This document shows, one piece after another, positions 55,379 to 64,000 of a stretch of 64,000 nucleotides of DNA. The notes under the pieces are model-generated. The model had not been told where the DNA came from, made no database searches, and saw only the letters and a list, made by a program, of their open reading frames with translations. The stretch's first letter is position 1. Each line of letters starts with the position of its first letter. Origin of the DNA: an uncultured Anaerolineales bacterium (lineage in GTDB: Bacteria; Chloroflexota; Anaerolineae; CG2-30-64-16); the NCBI GenBank assembly GCA_964647255.1, contig CAZYGI010000013.1, forward strand, positions 1,846-65,845, given 5' to 3'. The position numbers and the translations under genes were made by a program.

Positions 55379-56248
55379 ATGGAAAACCTCGTCCCGCACT
55401 TTGTCGAGTTGATCCGCCGCGCATCCACTGATCTGCCCGCGGACATGGAATCTGCCCTGCGCCAGGCGCGGGAAAACGAAAATCCCGGCTCTGCGGCGCA
55501 AACCACGCTCGATGCCATCCTGGAGAACGTCCGCCTGTCGCGAGCGGGCTCCACCCCGATCTGCCAGGACACTGGCACGCCGATCTTCTATGTCTACTAC
55601 CCGGCCGGCTGGTCAACCCTGGCGCTCAAGAAACAGATACGCGAGGCGGTCGCCGAGGCAACGGCAAAATCGTACCTGCGCCCCAACTCGGTGGATAGCC
55701 TCACCGGCAAAAACCCGGGCAACAACCTGGGCGACGACTTCCCTTCCTTCCACTTCGAGGAATGGGAGGAGGACACTCTCAAAGTAGATCTGATGTTGAA
55801 GGGCGGCGGCTGCGAAAACGTCGGTGCACAGTACAGCCTGCCCGACACGCGCCTCGACGCCAACCGGGACCTGGAAGGGGTGCGCCGCGCGGTGCTCGAT
55901 GCGGTGCAGCAGGCCCAAGGGATGGGCTGCGCGCCTGCGGTGATCGGCGTGGCGGTGGGCGGCGACCGGGGCACCAGTTATATCAAGTCCAAGGAGCAGT
56001 TCTATCGCCCGCTGGACGATGAAAGCCCCGATCCACGGCTTGCAGCGCTGGAGAAGCGGCTGACACAGGAAGCAAACACCCTGGGCATCGGCCCGATGGG
56101 GTTTGGGGGCAAGACCACCGTGCTATCGGTCAAGATTGACTCGTTGGAGCGCCTGCCTGCCAGCTACTTCGTCACCGCGTCGTATATGTGTTGGGCGGAC
56201 CGCCGGCGGACCATGATCTACCGAAACGGCGAAGTGACGATTCAATGA
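55379..56248 (+). CDS. class I fumarate hydratase / Fe-S hydro-lyase, alpha (N-terminal-domain) subunit
   Basis: PICQDTGTPIFYV, LKGGGCENV and GIGPMGFGG motifs of the tartrate/fumarate Fe-S hydro-lyase family. Confidence 0.85.
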   Translation: MENLVPHFVELIRRASTDLPADMESALRQARENENPGSAAQTTLDAILENVRLSRAGSTPICQDTGTPIFYVYYPAGWSTLALKKQIREAVAEATAKSYLRPNSVDSLTGKNPGNNLGDDFPSFHFEEWEEDTLKVDLMLKGGGCENVGAQYSLPDTRLDANRDLEGVRRAVLDAVQQAQGMGCAPAVIGVAVGGDRGTSYIKSKEQFYRPLDDESPDPRLAALEKRLTQEANTLGIGPMGFGGKTTVLSVKIDSLERLPASYFVTASYMCWADRRRTMIYRNGEVTIQ

Positions 56249-56318
56249 CGTGAAGCGTGGAGCGGACGTGTTCGCTCCACGCTCTCTGCTCCACATCTCG
56301 CGCCGAGGAGCTCTCCGT

Positions 56319-56936
56319 ATGGCTACTGTAGATTTGCGTATCCCGATCAGCGAAGAAAGCATTCGTGCACTGCACGTGGGCGATCAGGTGCGCCTGTACG
56401 GCGTCATCGTCACCGCGCGCGATGCTGCGCATAAATACATCAAAGACACCTTCTTCCACAGCGCCGTGCCCGAGGCCGAACGGCCGGTACACGACGAGCT
56501 GAAACGGCTATGGGCCGGCGGTGCGATGTACCACTGCGGTCCGGTGGTCAGCCGCGACGATGCGGGGCGCTGGCACTTCGTCTCCGCCGGACCGACCACC
56601 AGCATCCGGGAAGAACCCTATGAGGCGGATGTGATCGCCTATTTCGGCCTGCGCGCAATCATCGGCAAGGGCGGCATGGGACCAAAAACGTTAGCCGCAT
56701 GCCAGAAATCAGGCGCGGTCTATCTGCACGCCATCGGCGGTGCGGCAACCCTGATTGCCAGTTATGTCAAAGAAGTTGTGACCGTGTTCAAGAAGGATGA
56801 GTTGGGGGTGCCTGAGGCGTTCTGGGTAGTGCGCGTCGAAGGTTTTCCCGCTGTAGTCACCATGGATGCCCACGGCCAGAGCCTCCACGAGCAGATATAC
56901 GAGGCATCAAAACAGAAGCTGGCCGAGCTGCTGTAG
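56319..56936 (+). CDS. class I fumarate hydratase / Fe-S hydro-lyase, beta (C-terminal-domain) subunit
   Basis: Start set at MATVDLRIP (ATG 56319, GAGGAG 8 nt upstream). LHVGDQVRLYGVIVTARDAAHK...GPTTS.R...IIGKGGMG are family motifs. Confidence 0.85.
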   Translation: MATVDLRIPISEESIRALHVGDQVRLYGVIVTARDAAHKYIKDTFFHSAVPEAERPVHDELKRLWAGGAMYHCGPVVSRDDAGRWHFVSAGPTTSIREEPYEADVIAYFGLRAIIGKGGMGPKTLAACQKSGAVYLHAIGGAATLIASYVKEVVTVFKKDELGVPEAFWVVRVEGFPAVVTMDAHGQSLHEQIYEASKQKLAELL

Positions 56937-57023
56937 CAAGTACGCGCCGAGGCGCAAAGCGCAGCTTATCGCTGGCAACTTTGCGCCTCGGCGCTAGGCT
57001 ACCTGGTGAGCGCGTTTGACGCG

Positions 57024-57221
57024 CTAGACCATTCCGGGCAGCTTGTCCGGGTCGCCGCAGTGCCGGTGCTCGATCTCAGTAATCTTTCTACGCAACCGGC
57101 GCACGAAATCCAGGGCCGCTTCCGCGTCCTCATCCTGCACGATCATCTTTACTTCGACCACTTCTTCCGGCGAAAGCGGCACGCCGACCCCGAACGGCTT
57201 TGCTGAACTGTACTGGCTCAT
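57024..57221 (-). CDS. small hypothetical protein, divergent from the CsoR-family gene
   Basis: 65-aa ORF with a strong GGGAGGGAG RBS. No domain recognised. Confidence 0.4.
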   Translation of the reverse strand: MSQYSSAKPFGVGVPLSPEEVVEVKMIVQDEDAEAALDFVRRLRRKITEIEHRHCGDPDKLPGMV

Positions 57222-57261
57222 GCTCCCTCCCGGATTTGACGCTCGATCCCGACAGCGATAT

Positions 57262-57279
57262 ACTATACCCCAGTATAGT
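57262..57279. promoter_or_regulatory. candidate operator palindrome ACTATAC-CCCA-GTATAGT upstream of the CsoR-family gene
   Basis: A 7-bp perfect inverted repeat with a C-rich centre, 37 nt upstream of the ATG at 57316. CsoR-type operators are typically AT-rich arms around a G/C tract. Confidence 0.4.
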
Positions 57280-57315
57280 TATGCGTATGGCGGGTGTCAA
57301 ATCGCCGGGGGGACT

Positions 57316-57585
57316 ATGGAACTGCAATCGCCTGAGGTCAAGTCGGACCTGGCGGCTCGGTTGAAACGGATCGAAGGCCAGGTGCGGGGCGTAGAAAAGA
57401 TGGTTGAAGAGGAGCGCGAGTGCACCGACATCTTGCAGCAGATGACGGCGATCCGCTCCGCGATGCATCAGGCGAGCCTGGTGTTGGCCCGCTCGTACGC
57501 GGCGCGCTGCCTGGCTGAACCGACCCGGGGCAACCTGGACGACATGCTCGACCAACTCATGGCGACGCTGCGCAAGTTGGAGTGA
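57316..57585 (+). CDS. CsoR/RcnR/FrmR-family (DUF156) metal- or stress-sensing repressor
   Basis: LAARLKRIEGQVRGVEKMVEEERECTDILQQMTAIRSAMHQ is the family core. Cys (ECTD) and His (AMHQ) are present, but the residue 4 positions after the His is Leu, not the Cys of classic Cu-CsoR. Confidence 0.8.
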   Translation: MELQSPEVKSDLAARLKRIEGQVRGVEKMVEEERECTDILQQMTAIRSAMHQASLVLARSYAARCLAEPTRGNLDDMLDQLMATLRKLE

Positions 57586-57757
57586 GGAGGGCTGCAATGA
57601 CGGTAATGGACCTGCTGTTCGGTGCCTTGTTTGTATTCTTGCTGATCAACATGTTCCGCGGCGGCGGCTGAGCATCATCAGGCGTATGCCGGCCCCGTGC
57701 GGGCAGCCCAAAGCCAGATGAACAGCACGCCAGACAATCAAGCGACTGAATGGAGAG

Positions 57758-58156
57758 TTGAGCATCATGGATCTTCTGAAACGGATTATCGGCGCCAAGA
57801 CCAACGATGTTGAGACGAGCGACGCGGTCGTCGTCGAGCCGCGCCATCTGACCGGCGAGGAGTTCGATCGGATCGTCGCCGGTTCGAACATCCCGGTGCT
57901 GGTGGACTTCTGGGCCGAGTGGTGTGGGCCGTGCCGTGCGATTGCACCGTCGGTCAGCAAGCTGGCCGAAGAATATGCGGGCCGGGCGTTGATCACCAAG
58001 CTGGACGCGGATGAATACCCCGACATCTTGCAGCGCTACGGCATCATGGGCATCCCGACCCTGATCTTCTTCAAGGATGGCCGAGAGCGGGACCGCCAGG
58101 TCGGCTTCACCAGCTACGGCGCCCTCAAGAGTAAACTGGACCCTCTGCTGGCCTGA
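57758..58156 (+). CDS. trxA: thioredoxin
   Basis: VLVDFWAEWCGPCRAIAP active site (WCGPC) and GIMGIPTLIFFKDG. Confidence 0.9.
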   Translation: MSIMDLLKRIIGAKTNDVETSDAVVVEPRHLTGEEFDRIVAGSNIPVLVDFWAEWCGPCRAIAPSVSKLAEEYAGRALITKLDADEYPDILQRYGIMGIPTLIFFKDGRERDRQVGFTSYGALKSKLDPLLA

Positions 58157-58234
58157 TCCCAAGAGCACCTGAGAGGCGTCTGAACCACCCGCCTCACCGA
58201 CCTCAGCATCCCGATCGCCGCGCCTGGACAGGCC

Positions 58235-58270
58235 CCGCCCGATGGTATAATAGCTATCGGGCGGTTTCTT
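58235..58270 (+). terminator. hairpin downstream of trxA (possible terminator) whose loop contains TGGTATAAT
   Basis: 9-bp stem CCGCCCGAT/ATCGGGCGG (58235-58243 / 58256-58264), a 12-nt loop, then TTTCTTG. The loop sequence also reads as an extended -10 element, so the role is ambiguous. Confidence 0.4.
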
Positions 58271-58309
58271 GTAACGCCGCCATCATCCCGGCATCAAAAG
58301 GAGTGGCCT

Positions 58310-58936
58310 ACGGACGTTTCTCATCTCAGCGAAGCGGCGCTGGTCGAGGCCGCCGTTGCCGGACAACAGGAAGCCTTCGCCGAAATCGTCGAACGCTACT
58401 CCGGCACGATTTACAACCTGGCGTTGCGCCTGATGAACGACCGGCAGGAAGCCGAGGAAGTGCTGCAGGAGACCTTCATCAGCGCGTTCCGGGCCCTGGA
58501 GCGATTCGAGGGCCGCAGCCAATTGAGCACATGGCTTTATCGGATCGGCTACAACGCGGCGCTCATGCGCCTGCGCAAACGCCGGCTGCCGACCCTGTCG
58601 CTGGATGAGCCGCGCGAGGGCGAGGAGGGCGAGTACACGCCGCGGCAGTTGGTGGACTGGACGGCGGCGCCGGATCGGCTGCTGATGGGCCAGGAGCTGC
58701 GCCAGGTCCTGAATGCCGCATTGGCGACCCTGCCCGAATCGCTGCGCAGCGTGTTTGTGCTGCGCGATATCGAAGGTCTATCCACCACGGAAGCGGCGGC
58801 GGCGCTCGGTCTCACCGAAACCAACGCCAAGGTGCGCCTCCACCGCGCGCGACTGGCGCTGCGCGAGCGACTGACGGGCTATTTTGTCCAGACAACCGGC
58901 GACGCCGGACAACCTGGGCTTCGAGCAAAGGCTTAA
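58310..58936 (+). CDS. ECF (sigma-70 family, group 4) RNA polymerase sigma factor; start codon uncertain
   Basis: Region 2 (FAEIVERYSGTIYNLALRLMNDRQEAEEVLQETFISAF) and region 4 (LRSVFVLRDIEGLSTTEAAAALGLTETNAKVRLHRAR). The frame is open from 58184 with no ATG/GTG/TTG before 58424, which lies inside region 2. AAGGAG at 58298-58303 is followed 6 nt later by an in-frame ACG (58310), and there is a CTG at 58340. Confidence 0.8.
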   Translation, partial: TDVSHLSEAALVEAAVAGQQEAFAEIVERYSGTIYNLALRLMNDRQEAEEVLQETFISAFRALERFEGRSQLSTWLYRIGYNAALMRLRKRRLPTLSLDEPREGEEGEYTPRQLVDWTAAPDRLLMGQELRQVLNAALATLPESLRSVFVLRDIEGLSTTEAAAALGLTETNAKVRLHRARLALRERLTGYFVQTTGDAGQPGLRAKA

Positions 58937-58946
58937 GGTGAACGAC

Positions 58947-59177
58947 ATGTTCTGCAAAGAAATGCTGGGGGAGCTATCAGATTATCTCGACGGCGAGCTG
59001 CAAGCGCAGCTCTGCGCCGAGATCGAACAGCATATGGTGGAGTGCGGCAATTGTCGCGTGGTGGTGGATACCTTACGCAAGACCGTGTCGCTCTACCACG
59101 AATATGGCCACGAGCCGGTGCCCACAGATGCCAAGGAGCGGCTGTATGCGGTGCTGAAGCTGGATACCGGCAGCTAG
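58947..59177 (+). CDS. zinc-binding anti-sigma factor (ZAS, RsrA-like)
   Basis: H-x3-C-x2-C motif in EQHMVECGNC plus N-terminal Cys residues. It starts 11 nt after the sigma stop. Confidence 0.75.
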   Translation: MFCKEMLGELSDYLDGELQAQLCAEIEQHMVECGNCRVVVDTLRKTVSLYHEYGHEPVPTDAKERLYAVLKLDTGS

Positions 59178-59282
59178 ACACCGGAAGCCAGCAGGCTCCG
59201 CTCCCCGTTCGGATCCAGCAGCCAGCAGCCGGCTTCCGGATTTGCCAAATCATGCCCGCCTGCGTATAATCTCTTCAGTTCC

Positions 59283-59359
59283 GGGCGGTTAGCTCAGTTG
59301 GCTAGAGCGCAGCGTTGACATCGCTGAGGTCAGAGGTTCAAGCCCTCTACCGCCCACCA
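59283..59359 (+). tRNA. tRNA-Val (anticodon GAC)
   Basis: Hand-folded cloverleaf. Acceptor GGGCGGT/ACCGCCC, D-arm GCTC/GAGC, anticodon stem CAGCG/CGCTG with loop TTGACAT, T-arm AGAGG-TTCAAGC-CCTCT, encoded CCA. Confidence 0.95.
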
Positions 59360-59369
59360 GAATAGACTC

Positions 59370-59615
59370 AAAGCGTTGACCGGGACGAGTACGTGGCGCA
59401 GATGCGTCAGAGAGGGCGGGTCGTTGGCTGCAAGCCCGCTTCGCTGAAGTCCACCGAAAACCCCCCGGGAGCGGATGCCTGAAAGCGCAAGCGACTATGG
59501 CATCCCGGACGACCCCGTTATAAGTCACAAGAGAAGACGCATGGCTGTGCCCATACGTCAACTTGGGTGGAACCGCGAGCTCCTCGCCCCAATGGCGATG
59601 GAGCTTTTTGTTTTC
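59370..59615 (+). promoter_or_regulatory. T-box riboswitch leader controlling thrS
   Basis: Conserved T-box sequence TGGGTGGAACCGCG (59564-59577) overlaps the 5' arm of a terminator GAGCTCCTCGCC-CCAAT-GGCGATGGAGCT (59577-59605) followed by TTTTTGTTTT. Upstream AGTA and AGAGAG stem-I elements are present. Candidate Thr specifier ACC at 59460-59462 (or 59453-59455). Confidence 0.8.
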
Positions 59616-59633
59616 TCAGAAAGGAGGCCTTTA

Positions 59634-61463
<1,830 letters not shown>

Positions 61464-61464
61464 G

Positions 61465-61558
61465 AAGACGACCGATAAACGATAGACGACGGACGATAAC
61501 AGCGTCTATCGTCTATCGTCCACGGTCCACCGTCCGTTCATCGGCGGTCGGTCTTTTT
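61465..61558 (+). terminator. long imperfect nested hairpin plus T5 downstream of thrS
   Basis: CGATAGACGA (61480-61489) pairs with TCGTCTATCG (61509-61518). Outer arms GACGACCGAT / ATCGGCGGTCGGTC are imperfect. Ends in CTTTTT at 61553-61558. Confidence 0.45.
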
Positions 61559-61682
61559 GACACCCTCCCCCCGTTATGTTATAGTTGCTCCTCGGTGTGG
61601 CCTGGCCGATGACCAGGCCGCCTTTTGCGTATTGGTAAGGCCCGCCCGATAGCGAGCCGTTGAAACAAATGAGGGAAGCCGT

Positions 61683-62219
61683 ATTACTACCATAACCGCC
61701 AAGCCCAACCGCGTGAATCAACAGATCCGCGTGCGAGAGGTGCGGGTCATTGACGAAGAAGGCAACCAGCTCGGCATTTTGCCGATCCAGGAAGCCCTTC
61801 GCATCGCCTATGAGCGCAGCCTGGACCTTGTCGAGGTGGCGCCGAACGCCGTGCCTCCTGTCTGCCGTTTGCTCGACTATGGTAAGTTCCAGTACGAGAA
61901 ACAGAAGAAGGAGCGCGAGGCCCGCAAGGCGCAGAAAGTCATCGAGATCAAAGAGATCCGTCTGCGACCGCGCACCGGCGAGCACGACCTGGATACCAAA
62001 GTGCGTCAGGCGATCTCCTTCCTGGATGAAGACAGCAAGGTCAAAGTGGCCGTGCGCTTCCGGGGCCGCGAGATCACGCATCCGGAGATTGCACGCGAGC
62101 AGTTGGATGAATTCGCGGCCAAAGTTGGCGCCGCGGCGGTCATCGAAATGACGCCATCCATGGAAGGGCGCAACCTGTTCATGTTGTTGAGCCCGAATCC
62201 GGCGACGAAGAAGCAGTAG
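61683..62219 (+). CDS. infC: translation initiation factor IF-3, probable AUU start
   Basis: KPNRVNQQIRVREVRVIDEEGNQLGI... is the IF-3 N-terminus. The frame is open from 61653 with no ATG/GTG/TTG before GTG 61713, which would remove conserved N-terminal residues. ATT at 61683 sits 8 nt after GAGG (61671-61674). Confidence 0.85.
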   Translation: MTTITAKPNRVNQQIRVREVRVIDEEGNQLGILPIQEALRIAYERSLDLVEVAPNAVPPVCRLLDYGKFQYEKQKKEREARKAQKVIEIKEIRLRPRTGEHDLDTKVRQAISFLDEDSKVKVAVRFRGREITHPEIAREQLDEFAAKVGAAAVIEMTPSMEGRNLFMLLSPNPATKKQ

Positions 62220-62251
62220 GCGCCACATTTCTGATAGCGCGTTCTCATAAT

Positions 62252-62325
62252 ACGTAAAACGTAGAGCGCATCACGGAATTGTAGCTAAGATTGCGGGGCT
62301 GCGCCTCACGTTTTACGTTTTATTC
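62252..62325 (+). promoter_or_regulatory. long hairpin plus T-rich tract between infC and rpmI (possible attenuator / L20-responsive element)
   Basis: ACGTAAAACGTAGAGCGCA (62252-62270) pairs with TGCGCCTCACGTTTTACGT (62300-62318), 17/19 complementary. Followed by TTTATT. Confidence 0.4.
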
Positions 62326-62345
62326 TGTCTGGGAGGGTTTTTACA

Positions 62346-62549
62346 GTGCCGAAGATCAAGACCCACAAGTCAACGGCCAAGCGGTTCCGCCGCACGGGCA
62401 CCGGTAAACTGGTTGCGATGCACCAGGGCCGCGGCCACCTGCGACGCCACAAGGCCCCGCGCACGCTGGTCAAGTACCGCGAGATCAAGGTCGTCGAGGG
62501 CTCGTCGGCCGACAAGCGCGTGCAGACGCTCGCGCCGTACATTGATTGA
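62346..62549 (+). CDS. rpmI: 50S ribosomal protein L35
   Basis: GTG start after GGGAGGG. The PKIKTHKSTAKRFRRTGTGK signature. Confidence 0.95.
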   Translation: MPKIKTHKSTAKRFRRTGTGKLVAMHQGRGHLRRHKAPRTLVKYREIKVVEGSSADKRVQTLAPYID

Positions 62550-62654
62550 GAGCACGGCTCGCCACCGACGCCCGGCTGCCAAATCTCAACCGGCAGCCCA
62601 TGGCCACTACGAAGTGCCGATTTGATCGGCCGCCATCGAGAGGAGTAATAAGCA

Positions 62655-63008
62655 ATGCCCCGAGCAAAGGGTGGAGTTGTCCTCCGCCGCCGTCACAACA
62701 AAATCTTGAAGCTGACCAAGGGCCAGCGCATGTCGCGCCACTTATTGTGGCATCGCGCAAACGAAGGCATGCTGAAGTCCTTGTTCTATGCCACGCGTGA
62801 CCGCCGCACCCGCAAACGCGACATGCGCGGCCTTTGGATCGCCCGCATCAACGCTGCGGCCCGCCAGAACGGCATCACCTACAGCCGGCTGACCCACGCG
62901 TTGAAGCAAGCCGACATCCGGCTTGACCGCAAAATCCTGGCCGACCTCGCGGTGCGTGATCCGCAAGCGTTCGCCCGGGTGGTTGAGGTCGCGAAGGCAG
63001 CGCTGTAA
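62655..63008 (+). CDS. rplT: 50S ribosomal protein L20
   Basis: [23 protein letters not shown]...[23 protein letters not shown] signature. Confidence 0.95.
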   Translation: MPRAKGGVVLRRRHNKILKLTKGQRMSRHLLWHRANEGMLKSLFYATRDRRTRKRDMRGLWIARINAAARQNGITYSRLTHALKQADIRLDRKILADLAVRDPQAFARVVEVAKAAL

Positions 63009-63027
63009 ATCCTGCCAGGAGCCGTGC

Positions 63028-63578
63028 ATGATCACGAGCCCTGACAACCCGAAGGTCAAAGCGGCCTAAGCACTCCTGGAGCGTAAGGGCCGCGAACAAG
63101 CAGAGTTATGCCTGGTCGAGGGTGTACGGCTGGTTGAAGATGCCATAAGAGCGGGGGCTATCCCCGCTCTTATTTTTTCACTGCGTCGAGCAGCGAGACC
63201 GAGCGTGGCCGCGCGCTGTTGGCCGCGACCGCGGACTTGGGCGCGACCCGGCTGGAAACCACGCCTGCGATCCTCGGAACTTTGAGCGACGCGGTAACGT
63301 CCCAGGCCAGCGCAGCCGTTACGGGCACCTGGCGCGCCGACCCACACGGCGGCCCGCCCTACGATGCGGTGAATTGGACTGCGCCCCCTGCGTTGATCCT
63401 GGAGGGTGAAACCGATGGCTTGAGCCCCGCAGCCGAGACGCTCAGCCCCGGCAGAGTCACCATCTCGATGGCGAAGGAAGTCGGGTCCCTAAACGCTGCG
63501 ATGGCCGTCACCGTCGTACTCTTCGAAGCCGCGCGGCAGAGGCGCAATTGGACACAGAGCAATTGCACAAAAGATTGA
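63028..63578 (+). pseudogene. decayed TrmH/SpoU-family RNA 2'-O-methyltransferase
   Basis: MITSPDNPKVKAA-TAA(63067-63069)-ALLERKGREQAELCLVEGVRLVEDAIRAGAIPALIF. Then a 1-nt frame change in the T6 run at 63173-63178 leads into FTASSSETERGRALL...LGTLSDAVTSQA. The central SpoU catalytic region appears missing before ...ALILEGETDGLS...ISMAKEVGSLNAAMAVTVVLFEA. Confidence 0.65.
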
Positions 63579-63690
63579 ACCGATGTATTATTGCCGCAGA
63601 GAGGAGGCCGCCGGCGCGTGAGGTGAGACTACAATCTGGCCCGGAATGCAACTTGTCCCGATCATAACATAGGGAAAAAGGAATGCCCAG

Positions 63691-64000
63691 ATGACTGCCG
63701 ACATCATTTTTCGTATCATTGGCTTCATTCTTTTCGGAATCATCGGTTGGATGGCAGGCACGGCTTGGGCGGGCGCTGCGGCGGGCACAACGCAACCGAA
63801 CCTGACCACGTTGCGATACCTCCTGCCGCCAACCGTAGTCGGTGCTGTGCTCGGCGCGATCGTCGCGCCGTGGTTGACGACGAAACCCGCCGCCTGGATC
63901 CGGCACGCCGTGCGCGAAATGACTGCCGTCCAGATCCTCGCGGGCAGCCTGGGCCTGGTGCTCGGCCTGGTGGTTGCCGCGCTGCTTGCTTTACCTTTGT
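63691..64000 (+). CDS. integral membrane protein, 3' end outside window (PIN/TRAM YacL-like N-terminus suspected)
   Basis: ATG 63691 opens a frame with no stop to the window end. Three or four hydrophobic helices (IIFRIIGFILFGIIGWMAG, VVGAVLGAIVAPW, ILAGSLGLVLGLVVAALLALPL). Absent from the ORF track, presumably because it has no stop. Confidence 0.5.
   Translation, partial: MTADIIFRIIGFILFGIIGWMAGTAWAGAAAGTTQPNLTTLRYLLPPTVVGAVLGAIVAPWLTTKPAAWIRHAVREMTAVQILAGSLGLVLGLVVAALLALPL

Noticed and set aside
58243-58251. TGGTATAAT as an extended -10 promoter for the ECF sigma gene
   Set aside because: It lies in the loop of a 9-bp hairpin that looks like the trxA terminator, and there is no good -35. 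It could still be a promoter, but I cannot decide from sequence alone.
59445-59450. GUC (Val) immediately after GAA in the T-box leader as the specifier, matching the upstream tRNA-Val(GAC)
   Set aside because: It is attractive because of the adjacent tRNA-Val. However, the downstream gene is clearly thrS. In my hand fold the GUC lies in the helix above the specifier loop, and it is followed by a pyrimidine. It is kept only as a caveat.

Overview
High-GC (roughly 65%) bacterial chromosomal window. All calls come from reading the ORF translations and the DNA by eye; no searches were run.

The window has three blocks:

(1) 1-25.4 kb. A 5'-truncated GH94 phosphorylase gene, then a minus-strand block of secreted or surface proteins: a beta-helix protein, an S8 subtilase, a cupredoxin, a lipoprotein, three multicopper-oxidase-like genes and a 2,210-aa adhesin-like giant. 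A REC-only regulator and a NarL-type two-component pair follow.

(2) 25.7-53.1 kb. A ~27.4-kb island bounded by an 83-bp direct repeat (81/83 identical) that duplicates the 3' end of a phospholipase-D-like gene. The island carries a complete phage-tail-like contractile injection system (eCIS/Afp/PVC type). Parts recognised: sheath, tube, tape-measure-like protein, DUF4255 cap, AAA+ ATPase, tube-initiator plus LysM, gpD hub, gpV spike, PAAR-like tip, gp25, baseplate-J-like wedge proteins and a gpI-like protein. Unusual traits:
- no recognisable tail fibre and no integrase;
- a 1,571-aa wedge protein carrying Asp-box (BNR) repeats plus predicted transmembrane helices;
- a serine-hydrolase-like candidate payload in the middle of the structural operon;
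- a membrane-anchored lectin-like repeat protein at the distal end.

(3) 53-64 kb. The PLD-like gene, a ferredoxin, a two-subunit class I fumarate hydratase, a CsoR-family repressor, thioredoxin, an ECF sigma / ZAS anti-sigma pair, tRNA-Val(GAC), a T-box-controlled thrS, infC-rpmI-rplT, a decayed TrmH-like pseudogene and the start of a membrane protein.

Lineage guess (low confidence): a Chloroflexota-like or other high-GC, T-box-using bacterium.

Many long antisense ORFs in the track are high-GC artefacts and were not called.
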